DNA from: Octopus sinensis
Lineage: Eukaryota
Assembly (NCBI RefSeq): GCF_006345805.1
Contig: NC_043011.1
Location: 11,966,001-12,030,000 of the forward strand
Length of the DNA: 64,000 bases
Direction of reading: 5' to 3'
The position numbers and the translations under genes are program-made. Position 1 is the stretch's first letter, and each line of letters starts with the position of its first letter. Positions 11,631 through 23,715 of the stretch are shown piece after piece. The notes below the pieces were generated by a model. The model had not been told where the DNA came from, did no database searches, and saw only the letters and a program-made list of their open reading frames with translations.

Positions 11631-11711
11631 CGGCAGACGAATTACGGCTACGCATTTCGCCCAGCGTGCTAACGTATAGGCACAAAGCCTGAAATTTGGT
11701 CGGGGAGTATA

Positions 11712-11881
11712 GTCGATTACATCGACCCCAGTCTTTCACTGGTACTTAATTTATCGACCCCGAAAGGATGAAAGGCAAAGTCAACCTCGGCGGAATTCGA
11801 ACTCGAAACGTAAAGATGGACGAAATGCCGCCAAGGTTTTTGCCGGTGTGCAAACAAACGATTCTGCCAGCTTGCCGCCCT
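11712..11881 (-). mobile_element. SINE family C (Deu/Nin-like domain)
   Basis: Minus strand gcctttcatcctttcggggtcgataaattaagtacc. Confidence 0.75.
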
Positions 11882-11931
11882 TAGACAAAGCAGCAATAGT
11901 AATCGCTTACAAAGTGCCACCGCCACAACCA

Positions 11932-11947
11932 CTAGTAGTAGTAGTAA

Positions 11948-12011
<64 letters not shown>

Positions 12012-12063
12012 TGTTGTAGTAGTAGTAGTTGTAGTAGTAGTGGTGGTGGTGGTGGTGGTGGTG

Positions 12064-12152
<89 letters not shown>

Positions 12153-12174
12153 GTGGTGGTGGTGGTGGTGGTGT

Positions 12175-12208
<34 letters not shown>

Positions 12209-12228
12209 GGTGGTGGTGGTGGCAGTAA

Positions 12229-12272
<44 letters not shown>

Positions 12273-12298
12273 ATAGTAGTAGTAGTAGTAGTAGTAGT

Positions 12299-12346
<48 letters not shown>

Positions 12347-12362
12347 TGTTGTTGTTGTTGTT
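11932..12362. repeat. Compound (GTA)n/(GTG)n trinucleotide array
   Basis: Directly visible. Confidence 0.95.
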
Positions 12363-12973
12363 GCCTTGGCTCCGTCCCCTGAACCATTGCAGAAAGACAC
12401 TAAGACTTTCGTCTAATTAAATATGGCACCTAAACCAATTGACGCCGGGTCAAAACATGACGATCAGTCTTGAGGTCGGCCTTTCAACACGGTAGATAGA
12501 GTCACACGTCAGTTACGGCGTTAAGCCTGTGAAAGTATGTTTCATTTCTATAGAATGTCCCAACCATCAGGTTCAGCTCGTTGTTAGTTGGTTTGTTTTT
12601 GTTTCTTTGTTGCCTTTTGGTGATTTAAGGCTATTCACACACACACACACACACATACACGCACGCATATATAAACTGAACGATCAAAAACAACACTAAT
12701 AATAATAATTTCCCTATAATAAGAATTGGAATAAGCGATTTCAGAACTATTCCTAGAATTTTTCCCGTTACATGCGTCAGTCAAAATTGATTAACTTGCA
12801 GCTTAAAAAGAAATTAATGTTGGTATGAGTCAACCATAGTCTCTTGACGTGGTTATTTGGTCCTGCTTGTCAGTTCGATCAAGTAGAGGCCCAGGAATGA
12901 ATGAAATAAGGTTTATAAACCTGGACGTCGAGACACAAAATAATTATGTGCTAATGACACAGAAAATTAGATT

Positions 12974-13456
12974 AGGCACAGGCGTGGCTGTGTGGTAAGA
13001 AGTTTGCTTTCCAACCACAAGGTTCTGGGTTCCGTCCCACCGCGTGGAACCTAGGGCAAGTGTCTTCTGCTATAGCCACAGCAAACCAAAGCCTTGTGAG
13101 TGGACTTGGTAGACGGAAACTGAAAGAAGCTGGGGCTGGCCAGATTGGAGCAAGCTCAAGATTAATCAGCCGAAATTGCGAGGATGATCCGGTTCTTGAC
13201 TGAAGATTAAAGGCTTCGAATGACCCGTCCGTGTTTTTTGTATCGTCTATCTGGATGTTTTGCGTTCTTGTCCCATATATATACTCTTACTCTTTACTCT
13301 TTTACTTGTTTCAGTCATTTGACTGCGGCCATGCTAGAGCACCGCCTTTAGTCGAGCAAATCGACCCCGGGACTTATTCTTTGTAAGCCCAGTACTTATT
13401 CTATCTGTCTCTTTTGTCGAACCGGTAAGTGACGGGGACGTAAACACACCAGCATC
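12974..13456. mobile_element. SINE family A fragments (5' part on +, 3' part on -)
   Basis: 12974-13130 matches the head; 13283-13456 matches the tail in reverse. Confidence 0.75.
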
Positions 13457-13707
13457 ATTATATATATATATATATATAATATATAAATAATGAGGGAGAT
13501 AAATTGAATATTGATTTAATTAATATCAATTTAAAACCAGTAGCCCAGCATATAAAAAATCTGAAAAATCAGAAAAAATTTCAATACATGTGTGGTTTTA
13601 GCCCTAAATATACACATATATACATAATATATATATATATATAATTATTACTACATAATATAATATATATTCATGTGTGTGTATGTATGTATATGTATAT
13701 ATATATA

Positions 13708-13867
<160 letters not shown>

Positions 13868-13966
13868 AAATTAAAGTCAAAAAGAGGGTGAAAAAGTTGG
13901 ATATTAATTTAATAACATCAATTTAAACACCAGTGGCTTAGCGCATAAAAGACTGAGATTCAGTAA

Positions 13967-14530
13967 ATATTAATACACAAATATGAGAGAGAATCCACTA
14001 TGTGGACACTCTTGTGCTAGATATAGATCCGCAAAGGGACTCAACCACTAAGAATTGTTCTCAAGAAAAAATTTTAGTACACTAAGAACGTAATCGAGCA
14101 GGACAAATGAAAAATAACGAAAATATAGATTAACCCCATACAATTGTTTCACCGTTAATAAATTATGTAATTTTACTTACATAAATATCATCGGATCATC
14201 GGTGGAGTACGTCATAAAATATAATTTGTCGAACTGCACGCTGTATATTAACACGAGGTCAGAGACCCGAGCAATTCGGCCGATTATATTCACAGTTATA
14301 TTCAATCCAAGGATATTTATGTAAGTAAAATTACATAATTTATTAACGGTGAAACAATTGTATGGGGTTAATCTATATTTTCGTTATTTTTCATTTGTCC
14401 TGCTCGCTTACGTTCTTGGTGTGCCAAATTATTTCTTGAGAACAATTCTTAGTGGTTGAGTCCCTTTGCGGATCTATATCTAGCGTAAGAGTGTCCACAT
14501 AGTGGATTCTCTTTCATAGTTGTGTATTGA
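13967..14530. mobile_element. Fold-back Penelope-like element (about 220-bp inverted arms) next to (TA)n
   Basis: About 13967-14189 is the imperfect reverse complement of about 14312-14530; contains a hammerhead motif. Confidence 0.75.
14134..14207 (-). ncRNA. Type-I hammerhead ribozyme (U4C core variant)
   Basis: CTCCA-CCGATGA-tCCG...CGGt-GAAACAATTGTA-TGGGG: stem I, long stem II, palindromic stem III, GUA triplet. Confidence 0.7.
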
Positions 14531-15290
14531 TAATATATATATACCGTCGTCACTGTCCTGTTTTTACCCCTCCGCAAAAAGATCTCAAATTTTATTTAAT
14601 TTGCTTTTCGCGGGAAGGAAAGTTTCAATTGAAGATGCGTATCGCCTTCACCTTCGAAACGCAGAGTAGATGAAACCATGGCGACTGAAGAAGGGGAATT
14701 TTCTTTATGTTATTTGTCCTGTACTCTATTTTTTCGTTGTTTATGAAAAATGTCTAGTTCCTTGGTTTTGTGTTTATGTTTTCGTTTCTCATTGTGTTCG
14801 ACGTTTTTTTTTTTTTCGGTGTCCTGTACTCATAAATGCATGTATATATACATGTAGAGGTAGGTACGTACATATATGTATGTATATATGCATATGTTTT
14901 ATTTATTAATTTATTATATATATATATATGTAAATAATCTACTGTTAATAAAAGCCGGGCTGCGTTACTAATTCTTCATCAGATATCAACGTGAAACTGA
15001 ATCTGAATAATAACATCTGGTTGATAACTGACGAAGAATTAGGGACTTTTTGTGTCTGTTCCCCGTCTTGTTGTACACCGAGTAACATTTTTTACCTGTC
15101 CTTTGTCTATTTACAATACATTTTTTTTATGTCCAAGTGGGTGTGTAGGAAATAGCATGCTTACCAACCACATGGTTCCACGTTCAGTCCCACTGTGTGG
15201 CATCTTGGGCAAGTGTCTTCTACTATAGCCTCAAGCTGACCAAAGCCTTGTGAGTAGATTTGGTAGACGGAAACTGAAAGAAGCTCATCG

Positions 15291-15345
<55 letters not shown>

Positions 15346-15399
15346 TTTACGAAAAAACAAAAGACGAAGACGTGGTGTACAAAACAAACAGATGTATTA

Positions 15400-15444
<45 letters not shown>

Positions 15445-15457
15445 AACAGATGTATTA

Positions 15458-15506
<49 letters not shown>

Positions 15507-15565
15507 TATGTATATGTGTTTGTCCCCTCAATATCACTTGACAATCGATGCTGGTGTGTTCACGT

Positions 15566-15692
15566 GATCGTGAGCTCCTAGCGGTCTATCTATCGGTTCG
15601 TCATTTTCAGCATCAACTCGAAGGTCGAGATTTTGTGGTCTATACTGATCACAAGCCTCTTACGTTTGCCCTGTCATCTAAAACGGACAAAC
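15566..15692 (+). mobile_element. Ty3/Gypsy pol RNase H-like fragment
   Basis: DRELLAVYLSVRHFQHQLEGRDFVVYTDHKPL motif. Confidence 0.85.
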
Positions 15693-16037
15693 TCAACTCT
15701 CGCCTCATGCTTTCCGTCAAGACCACCAGCCCTCTTTCACACGCACATACGTACTCTCTTACACACACACGCACCTTCGTTTTGTGGATCATCTTTACTT
15801 TGTTATCTCCCCTACTTCTTCGCTCTCCTGTGTGACCCTTCTGTCCGGCAGTCGCCATGATAGATCGGTAGCCACTACACACATTTTTTTCTCTTCTTGT
15901 TTCTTTCTGTGTCTCTTTCTGTAGAAGAGCGTAGGCTCGAAACGTAAAAGACTTTTTCTATTCCTGAACGTTATGCTAATACATCTGTTTGTTTTCTACA
16001 CCACCTGTCTTCGTCTTTTGTTTTTTTCGTGAATTCT

Positions 16038-16040
<3 letters not shown>
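15693..16040 (+). mobile_element. Penelope-like pLTR-derived element with variant hammerhead (15914-15951)
   Basis: TCTTT-CTGTAGA-A-GAGC-gtag-GCTC-GAAACGTA-AAAGA; ends at (TA)n. Confidence 0.65.
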
Positions 16041-16119
<79 letters not shown>

Positions 16120-16194
16120 ATATAATTAAAGGATAAATCATTAAAATTAATGAATTTTTTCAGTGGCCAGCGTATAAATAATAAACGTCTAGGT

Positions 16195-16234
<40 letters not shown>

Positions 16235-16258
16235 CGTGTAGGATACAAATACACTATA

Positions 16259-16313
16259 TTTTGCTGACGAAGGAAAAGTGATTAAACTAATCCGGAAATT
16301 GATCAATCCAAAA
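16259..16313 (+). ncRNA. Type-I hammerhead ribozyme motif
   Basis: TTTTG-CTGACGA-aGGA...TCCg-GAAATTGATCAATC-CAAAA; palindromic stem III ATTGATCAAT; AUC triplet. Confidence 0.7.
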
Positions 16314-16399
16314 CCATCTGAATAATTTTTGAATTTTAATCAGTCCGCTTTCCCACTTTCAACCTGTGTATGTGTTAAGTGAAGATTTGCAGTGGGTGG

Positions 16400-16712
16400 A
16401 CGTATTTATTTCTTTATTTCCCTCAAGGGTAATAAAGAAAATAGAAGGGACAAACAAGGACAGACAAATATATTAAGTCGATTACATCGACCCCAGTGCG
16501 TAACTGGTACTTATTTAATCGACCCCAAAAGGATGAAAGGCAAAGTCGGCCCCTGCGGAATTTGAACTCAGACCATAACGGCAGACGAAACACCTATTTC
16601 TTTACTACCCACAAGGGGCTAAACACAGAGAGGACAAACAAGGACAGACAAACAGATTAAGTCGATTATAACTGGTACTTATTTAATCGACCCTGAAAGG
16701 ATGAAAGGCAAA
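16400..16712 (-). mobile_element. Tandem partial SINE family C copies (duplicated near 18110-18520)
   Basis: Repeated Deu/Nin-like domain. Confidence 0.75.
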
Positions 16713-17760
16713 GTAACCATAAATACATGCCCAAAGAAGTCACATGACTTTACTGCAATGTATCGTCAGATGAAAAAATTAGCGTATATCAGCAGAAGAC
16801 CATCTGGGATGAGAGCAACACGGATCATCAAAGCAGTCTATTATGCACCAACAACTAGATTACTAATTTCTACTTTGAAGGGTATACATTTGCCATCTAC
16901 GAACAGGAAATATCAACCAAATACCTGATGCACAAAAGGGACAGCCACGCAGGAAAGCAGCAATATACGATAACCGATGTAGTCTTTGGGGAGTTAACGC
17001 CGAAGATATCACCCGCATCATAAGCACTCGCCCGAAAATGTCATCATGGTATTATCTGCCAATGAGACATGATATTGTAGCTAGAACACTGTATAATGAG
17101 ATCCGTCGGAAGGATAACCCTGAGGACAAAGAAATAAGAACCCACAGTATGGTAGAGGCCGTAGCCACTCATAATAAAAAGGAATACTGGTGGAATGTCC
17201 TAGTGAAGACCTCAATTAAGCTTAAGCACAACCGACCTGATATAATGATTTGGGATAGAGAAGAGAAACTGTGTACAGTTGTGGAAATTAGCTGCCCAGT
17301 AGATGCTAACATAAAGCCTTCGATCAGGGAAAAAGAGAATACCTACACTGAACTATTGAGAAATCTGCAGTTAATCTATCCAGATTACAAGTTCAGGTTT
17401 ATAACTGTGATTATTGGGGCACTGGAATATGTAACACACTGCCTAAGTACCAATCTTGAGAAATTAGGCTTTTCAAAACCAGGAAGGAGAAAGTTGATTC
17501 AAAGACTACAGATCCAAGCCATCATTGGAACTGTAAAAATTTGTAAAACTTTCCAAACACTTATCTTTTAAGTACATATGAGCATGTCTAGACATGCAAG
17601 TATATAAAACAAAACATACAAATTTGCACATATAAATTCATACATACAAAAATACTCTGTTGATGTTGTTGAAATTTCAATGACAGAGCCTTGGATTTAG
17701 GTTAGAAACCAGTTCTTTCTCTAATGGCAGGAAATTTTAAAATGAAACTGGAAAATGACA
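16713..17760 (+). mobile_element. Dong/R4-clade LINE 3' fragment (degenerate CCHC plus restriction-like endonuclease)
   Basis: ORF 17038-17571 with RHD, NRPDIMIWD and VEISCP motifs; degenerate CCHC just upstream; 3' end abuts (TACA)n. Confidence 0.85.
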
Positions 17761-18558
17761 TACATATATACATACATACATACATGCATGCAATGATGCA
17801 TGCGTACATTCATGCATGAATGCATACATACATACATACATACTTACATACATACACACACACATACATACATACATACATACATACATACATACATACA
17901 TACATACATACATACATACATACATTGTACCCATGACATTTACTTTGTCAAAGCAGAGGATTTAATCCAATAAAACTAAAAGTAACTAAAACTACTACCG
18001 TATCCTGTACTTAACTAACGAAAGGTACATAGCTAAATATATATACAAAGTCCGCTTTCCCGCTTTCAACCTGTGTATGTGTTTAGTGAAGATTTGCAGT
18101 GGGTGGACGTATCTATTTCTTTATTTCCCTCAAGGGTAATAAAGAAATAAAGAAAATAGAAGGGACAAACAAGGACAAAGATATTAAGTCGCTTACATCG
18201 ACTCCAGTGCGTAAATGGTACTTATTTAATCGACCCCAAAAGGATGAAAAGCAAAGTCGACCTCTGCGGAATTTGAACTCAGATCGTAACGGCAGACGAT
18301 ATACCTATTTCTTTACTACCCACAAGGGGCTAAACACAGAGAGATCAAACAAGGACAGACAAACGGATTAAGTCGATTATATCGACCCCAGTGCATAGCA
18401 GGTACTTATTTAATCGACCCCGAAAGGATGAAAGGCAAAGTCGACCTCGGCGGAATTTGAATTCAGAACGTAAGCGGCAAACGAAATACCTATTTCTTTA
18501 CTACCCACAAGGGGCTAAACATAGATATGTTTTCTTTCATTTGTTTTGGGGGTTTTTT

Positions 18559-19612
18559 TGTCACCACATGCTTTGTGTTGTCCCCTTTATGATTACCCCT
18601 TGGGGGAAAAAAAGAATAACTTTGGTCTCAGACCTTTTAAGGTCTAGCCACTGACCACACAAAACACAGCCAGTTCTAGCGACAACGCCAGACGACAATA
18701 CCCGTCCAACAGCATTACGGCAACCTCCGTCTTCGTCACTACCATCATCTTCTTAACGTCATCAGCATCATCTCTAGGTACACAGCTCAACAAGTAATCC
18801 ACCCAGTAATCCACAAAGCATTGTTCGTGAATTACTTCACTATGGATCAACAGCGAATACACAACCTGCGAGAACTCCTGTACCAAGTGACACAGGCAAC
18901 AGCATTACAGCCACAACTTCACGTATGACATGTACCGCAACTGGCTCAGCATCATGGCCACAACTTCTTGATACAGTATTTCAATTACCATGTACAATTG
19001 ACTAGAAACTGGTATTTCTCATTCTTGTGTCTATGAACATTCATCTAACTTCTCATTATAGATTCTTTCACTGTTTCCGTCTTCATTGCTATTCTTTTAT
19101 GTACTTAGGCGGCGAGCTGGCAGAAACGTCAGCACGCCGGACGAGATGCGTAGCCGTATTTCGTCTGCCGTTACGTTCTGGGTTCAAATTCTGTCGAGGT
19201 CGATTTTGCTTTTCATCCTTTCGGGGTCGATTAAATAAGTACCAGTTATGCACTGAGGTCGATGTAATCGACTTAATCCGTTTATCTGTCCTTGCTTGTC
19301 CCCTCTGTGTTTAGCCCCTTGTGGGTAATAAAGAAATATGTTCTTATATGTACTTAACACACACGCATACATCCATACCTTTACATATAAACTTTGTTCT
19401 CATGATGGCCTGTCTATTATTCTGTATACATGACGCACACAGAGCCACACATGTTAACCTATCAATAAATCTTCTCTTAAACATTCTTCTCGGTTGTGTC
19501 TCCCTTTTTCCCACTAGCACATTATATGTATTATTCTTTTTATATTTATTGTATCGACCGTGTGATGTACTAAAGACTCATTCTCGTTACCCTGAATCGC
19601 ACAGTCGTTACA
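18559..19612 (+). mobile_element. Possible solo LTR containing a SINE insertion
   Basis: Begins TGTC, has AATAAA near 19465, ends GTTACA; no TSD found. Confidence 0.25.
19107..19338 (+). mobile_element. SINE family C, full-length (Deu/Nin-like)
   Basis: Head ggcggcgagctggcagaa...gggttcaaatt; Deu/Nin-like core. Confidence 0.8.
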
Positions 19613-19677
19613 GTATTTACAGAATACACCGGCTGAAAGGTATTTACAAAAATTTTCATTGAAAATACTCGTCTTTG

Positions 19678-20098
19678 GGATCTTTTCAGTTTGAATGGCA
19701 GTTTTTAACATAATTTCTAGGTAACTAAAAAATTTTAGACTTCGTATACTGGTAGAATGTGTTTATAAAACATCTTTTTCTCTTGGCTTTATTGAGAAAA
19801 TTCTATAGTTTGTAAGATATTTGTTGTTTTTTTCTTCAATTTCTGCAATTTCAACCAATCAGTGATGTCTATTGAGGTGAAAACATTCTGTGCCGTATGA
19901 AATATGTCCCTCGTTTAAGAAACAGATTGGGTTCATTTACATTTCGGAAGAAAAAAAGATACCCTTCCCCCACCCCTAGCCCTAACCCTAACCCTAAAAC
20001 AGATTGAAATGCAATAGATCGATACTAGGGTCATAATTATGGGTGACAATTTCATATGACACCGCTAGAAAAAACTGCCGTTCAAACCGAAAAGATCC
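19678..20098 (+). mobile_element. Telomeric-repeat MITE, complete
   Basis: About 29-bp TIRs GGATCTTTTC(A/G)GTTTGAA(T/C)GGCAGTTTTT; 8-bp TSD cgtctttg; internal CCCTAA repeats. Confidence 0.9.
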
Positions 20099-20486
20099 CG
20101 TCTTTGTGAAAGTTATGGCGAAACAAAATTCAGGCATGTGAATTATCCCAAACTCTTCTCGTCCACATCCGAAAATAATTTCCACAGTAAATTACGATAT
20201 AATCCGAAATGACACCATCTGAAACGTGTTTCGTAGAAAATTTCATTTAAAAATATCCATTTTTCATAGTTATGAGAAAACAACATTGGAATGGAGGACA
20301 CACTTGCAGAGTTATACCATTCCAACTTGTCAAGCAACCTCTCTGTTTGTGGTGGCCATTTCTCGACTCTCGACCGCAAATGCAGCATAAAAAAACCTCA
20401 AGCCGTTCTCTCATTCTCAGTCGGGCAGAAACAGCATCTAAAGTTCTTTCTCATCCCCTCGCCCATGGCTCTCTCTCTCTCTCTTT

Positions 20487-20517
<31 letters not shown>

Positions 20518-20519
20518 AG

Positions 20520-20780
20520 GTTAATCCAAACGGGAAAACAGAAAAAACAACACGTGGAACAATTAAAGTATTATTATTAGACGCTCAGGAAAAAGGTATG
20601 ACGTTTCGAGCGGAGCTCTTCGTCGGAAACATAAGAGAAGGAAGAAAGAAGGATCCCGAAGTGGGCGAACGGAGGGAAAAAAAACGCGACTGGTTTTTAC
20701 GAAGTAAACATGCTGAAAGGCTGGAAGTTTTGGATAACAGGGGCTGGTTTTTAAAGACAAAAGAGCGGAAAAAGGAAGGT
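20520..20780 (-). mobile_element. Penelope-like pLTR-derived element with hammerhead-like motif (20596-20630)
   Basis: gttt-CCGACGA-A-GAGC-tcc-GCTC-GAAACGTC-atac; abuts (TA)n. Confidence 0.55.
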
Positions 20781-21138
20781 TGGTAACAACTCGAAGAATG
20801 GGAAGAATAATGTGTATGTATGTGTGAGTGTGTACGTGTGCGTGTGTGTAAGGCGAGATAAAAAAATATGTATATGTTAGTGCGTGCGTCTGTATGTAAG
20901 TGTGTGTACGTAGGGCGAAAGTAGTTGACATAGCAGTCGCAAGTCAGTGGTCAGTGGTAAAAGGAGGAAGGAGGGAATGGGTGGGGGCGTATGTACGTGC
21001 CGTGTGTGTGTTGAGTTGTAGTGTGTGTATGGCAAGTAAATTTGAAGCGTGTGTAAGTGTAATGTATATATATATGCAAATGTGTGCGTGGGAGTGGGTG
21101 TATGTATGTGTGTGCGTGTGTGTACAAATATATATATA

Positions 21139-21181
<43 letters not shown>

Positions 21182-21445
21182 GTATATATGTGTATATATA
21201 TATACATATATATATTTTTTTTTTTTTTTTTTTTTTGTTTTTCCAGTTTCAGCTCTTGAGCTGTGGCCATGCTGGGGCACCGCCATTGTGGTGAATGAGT
21301 ACAGCAGGGATCACCACCCCCTGCCGGAGCCTCGTAGAGCTTTTTTAGGTGTTTTCGCTCAATAAACACACACATATATATATATATATGTATATATATA
21401 TATGTGTATATATATATACATATACACATATATATATATATACAC

Positions 21446-21548
<103 letters not shown>

Positions 21549-21756
21549 ATGAAATGGATAAATGAATTATCTTGTTACGGATTATTCAAAATTTAACCGA
21601 TACCTGTGTAGCAAAAATCACAACAGAAAAGACACGGTTGAGGTTACGACCATGGGGTTTCGCCCCCGTGCTTTAGCGCGGATAATTGAAGTTTTATATA
21701 TTTAGTGAAGGGAAGAAATGGAGCCGAACGAAGATTCTACAAAATTCCTTTTTATT

Positions 21757-21842
21757 ATTTTCTACACATGTTTCAAAGGCTGCAAATTCCCAAATTCGGA
21801 TTGAATAAGGAGACCATTCTGCAGCTTTCTCTTCAGGAAAAT
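21757..21842 (-). ncRNA. Type-I hammerhead ribozyme, identical copy on the opposite strand
   Basis: Reverse complement of 21933-22018 in the left arm. Confidence 0.8.
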
Positions 21843-21932
21843 CCAGGAATTTAAAATTTCCAAACAAATGCGCAGCAAGCGTTTTGTTCGAAAAGCTTGC
21901 TGCGCATTTGTTTGGAAATTTTAAATTCCTGG

Positions 21933-22018
21933 ATTTTCCTGAAGAGAAAGCTGCAGAATGGTCTCCTTATTCAATCCGAATTTGGGAATTTGCAGCCTTT
22001 GAAACATGTGTAGAAAAT
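21933..22018 (+). ncRNA. Type-I hammerhead ribozyme, canonical core
   Basis: ATTTTC-CTGAAGA-GAAAGCTGCAGA...TTTGCAGCCTTT-GAAACATGTGTA-GAAAAT. Confidence 0.8.
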
Positions 22019-22073
22019 AATAAAAAGGAATTTTGTAGAATCTTCGTTCGGCTCCATTTCTTCCCTTCACTAA

Positions 22074-22107
<34 letters not shown>

Positions 22108-22510
22108 ATCCATGCGCGCACGCGTGTGTGTGTTTCCTTACCGCAATTCCTGATTATTTCGTTGTTTCGGCAGTTTTTATCCTGCCCTATTATTCTTTGA
22201 TAATAATTTGTTTTCCAATATAATTTCCACATCTAATAAACATTTCGTTTCTCTCCGATAAATGAACCTACTCTTCACGGCAAAATAATTTATTCTACTT
22301 CGGCGAACTTTCCTATTTTGCAGAGATATGTAAAGAAATTCAATTCAAGGGAAATAACCACCATCATAATGATTTTGATTATAACCCTTTAATAAAACTA
22401 TTGGCTGTCAAAACAAATTAGTTGTTGTTCTTTAGGCCGATACAGCAGGCCTAGGATCAAAGATATTTTAGCATTAATCATCCCATGCTTATTTTTAAAG
22501 GAAAAGTTTA

Positions 22511-22926
22511 GGATTTTTTCGGTTTGAACGGCAGTTTTTAACATAATTTCTAGGTAACTAAAAAATTTTAAACTTCGTATACTGGTAGAATGTGTTTATA
22601 AAACATCTTTTTCTCTTGGCTTTATTGAGAAAATTCTATAGTTTGTAAGATATTTGTTGTTGTTTTTTTCTTCAATTTCTGCAATTTCAACCACGTCTAT
22701 TGAGGTTAAAAAAAAAACATTCTGTGCCGTATGAATATGTCCCTCGTTTAAGAAATAGATTGGGTTTATTTACATTTGTGAAGAAAAAAATACCCTCCCC
22801 CACCCCACCCTAACCCTAACCCTAAAACAGATTGAAATACAATAGATCGATACTAGGGTCATAATTATGAGTGACAATTTCATATGACACCGCTAGAAAA
22901 AACTGCCGTTCAAACCGAAAAGATCC
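22511..22926 (+). mobile_element. Telomeric-repeat MITE, complete
   Basis: Both TIRs present; flanks aaagttta / aaagtttg. Confidence 0.9.
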
Positions 22927-23301
22927 AAAGTTTGTCTAGCATTACATTACCCAATATATTCTTCATTTTAGAGAGAGAATTTATTCATGAGAAAGAAAAA
23001 AAAAACAGTAATATTAATTTGAAATAGTAAATACCATCTTCAATTGTCCGTTTTTCCCAGAAGATCGAGAAACACTGTACAAGCTCCTTCGCAACAACAA
23101 GTCGTCTTGGCAAACTAAGTCGTGAACCCCAAAATGGTAACATTGCATTTGGTCCTCAGATCACTAAAATAATTTGCTTAGTATATTCTTCCACCAAAAA
23201 CATTGTGTTTCATTTAATTAAAGGAAGCTTGATTATTAAATACAAACTTATATCCTCTAAATGCATTAAATGGATAGGATATAAACAAAAATAAAAAAGA
23301 A

Positions 23302-23715
23302 TGTGGTGTTGTGTGGTAAGTAGCTTGTTTACCAACCACATGGTTCCGAGTTCAGTCCCACTGCGTGGCACCTTAGGCAAGTGTCTTCTACTATAGCCTC
23401 GGGCCGACCAAAGCCTTGTGAGTGGATTTGGTAGACGGAAACTGAAAGAAGCCTGTCGTGTATGTGTATATATATATATATGCGTGTGTGTGTTTGTGTG
23501 TCTGTGTTTGTCCCCCTAGCATTGCTTGACAACCGATGCTGGTGTGTTTATGTCCCCGTTACTTAGCGGTTCAGCAAAAGAGACCGATAGAATAAGTACT
23601 GGGCTTACAAAAAGAATAAGTCCCGGGGTTGAGTTGCTCGATTAAAGTCGATGCTCCAGCATGGCCGCAGTCAAATGACTGAAACAAGTAAAAGATAAAG
23701 ATAAAGATAGAAAGA
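23302..23715 (+). mobile_element. SINE family A
   Basis: Matches the other family copies. Confidence 0.9.

Noticed and set aside
10952-12416. Thr-rich mucin-like and poly-Val/Leu/Tyr ORFs
   Set aside because: Trinucleotide repeat arrays open in several frames.
14960-15045. Hammerhead from CTGACGA/CTGATGA in a small inverted repeat
   Set aside because: No downstream GAAA, stem III or NUH in either orientation.
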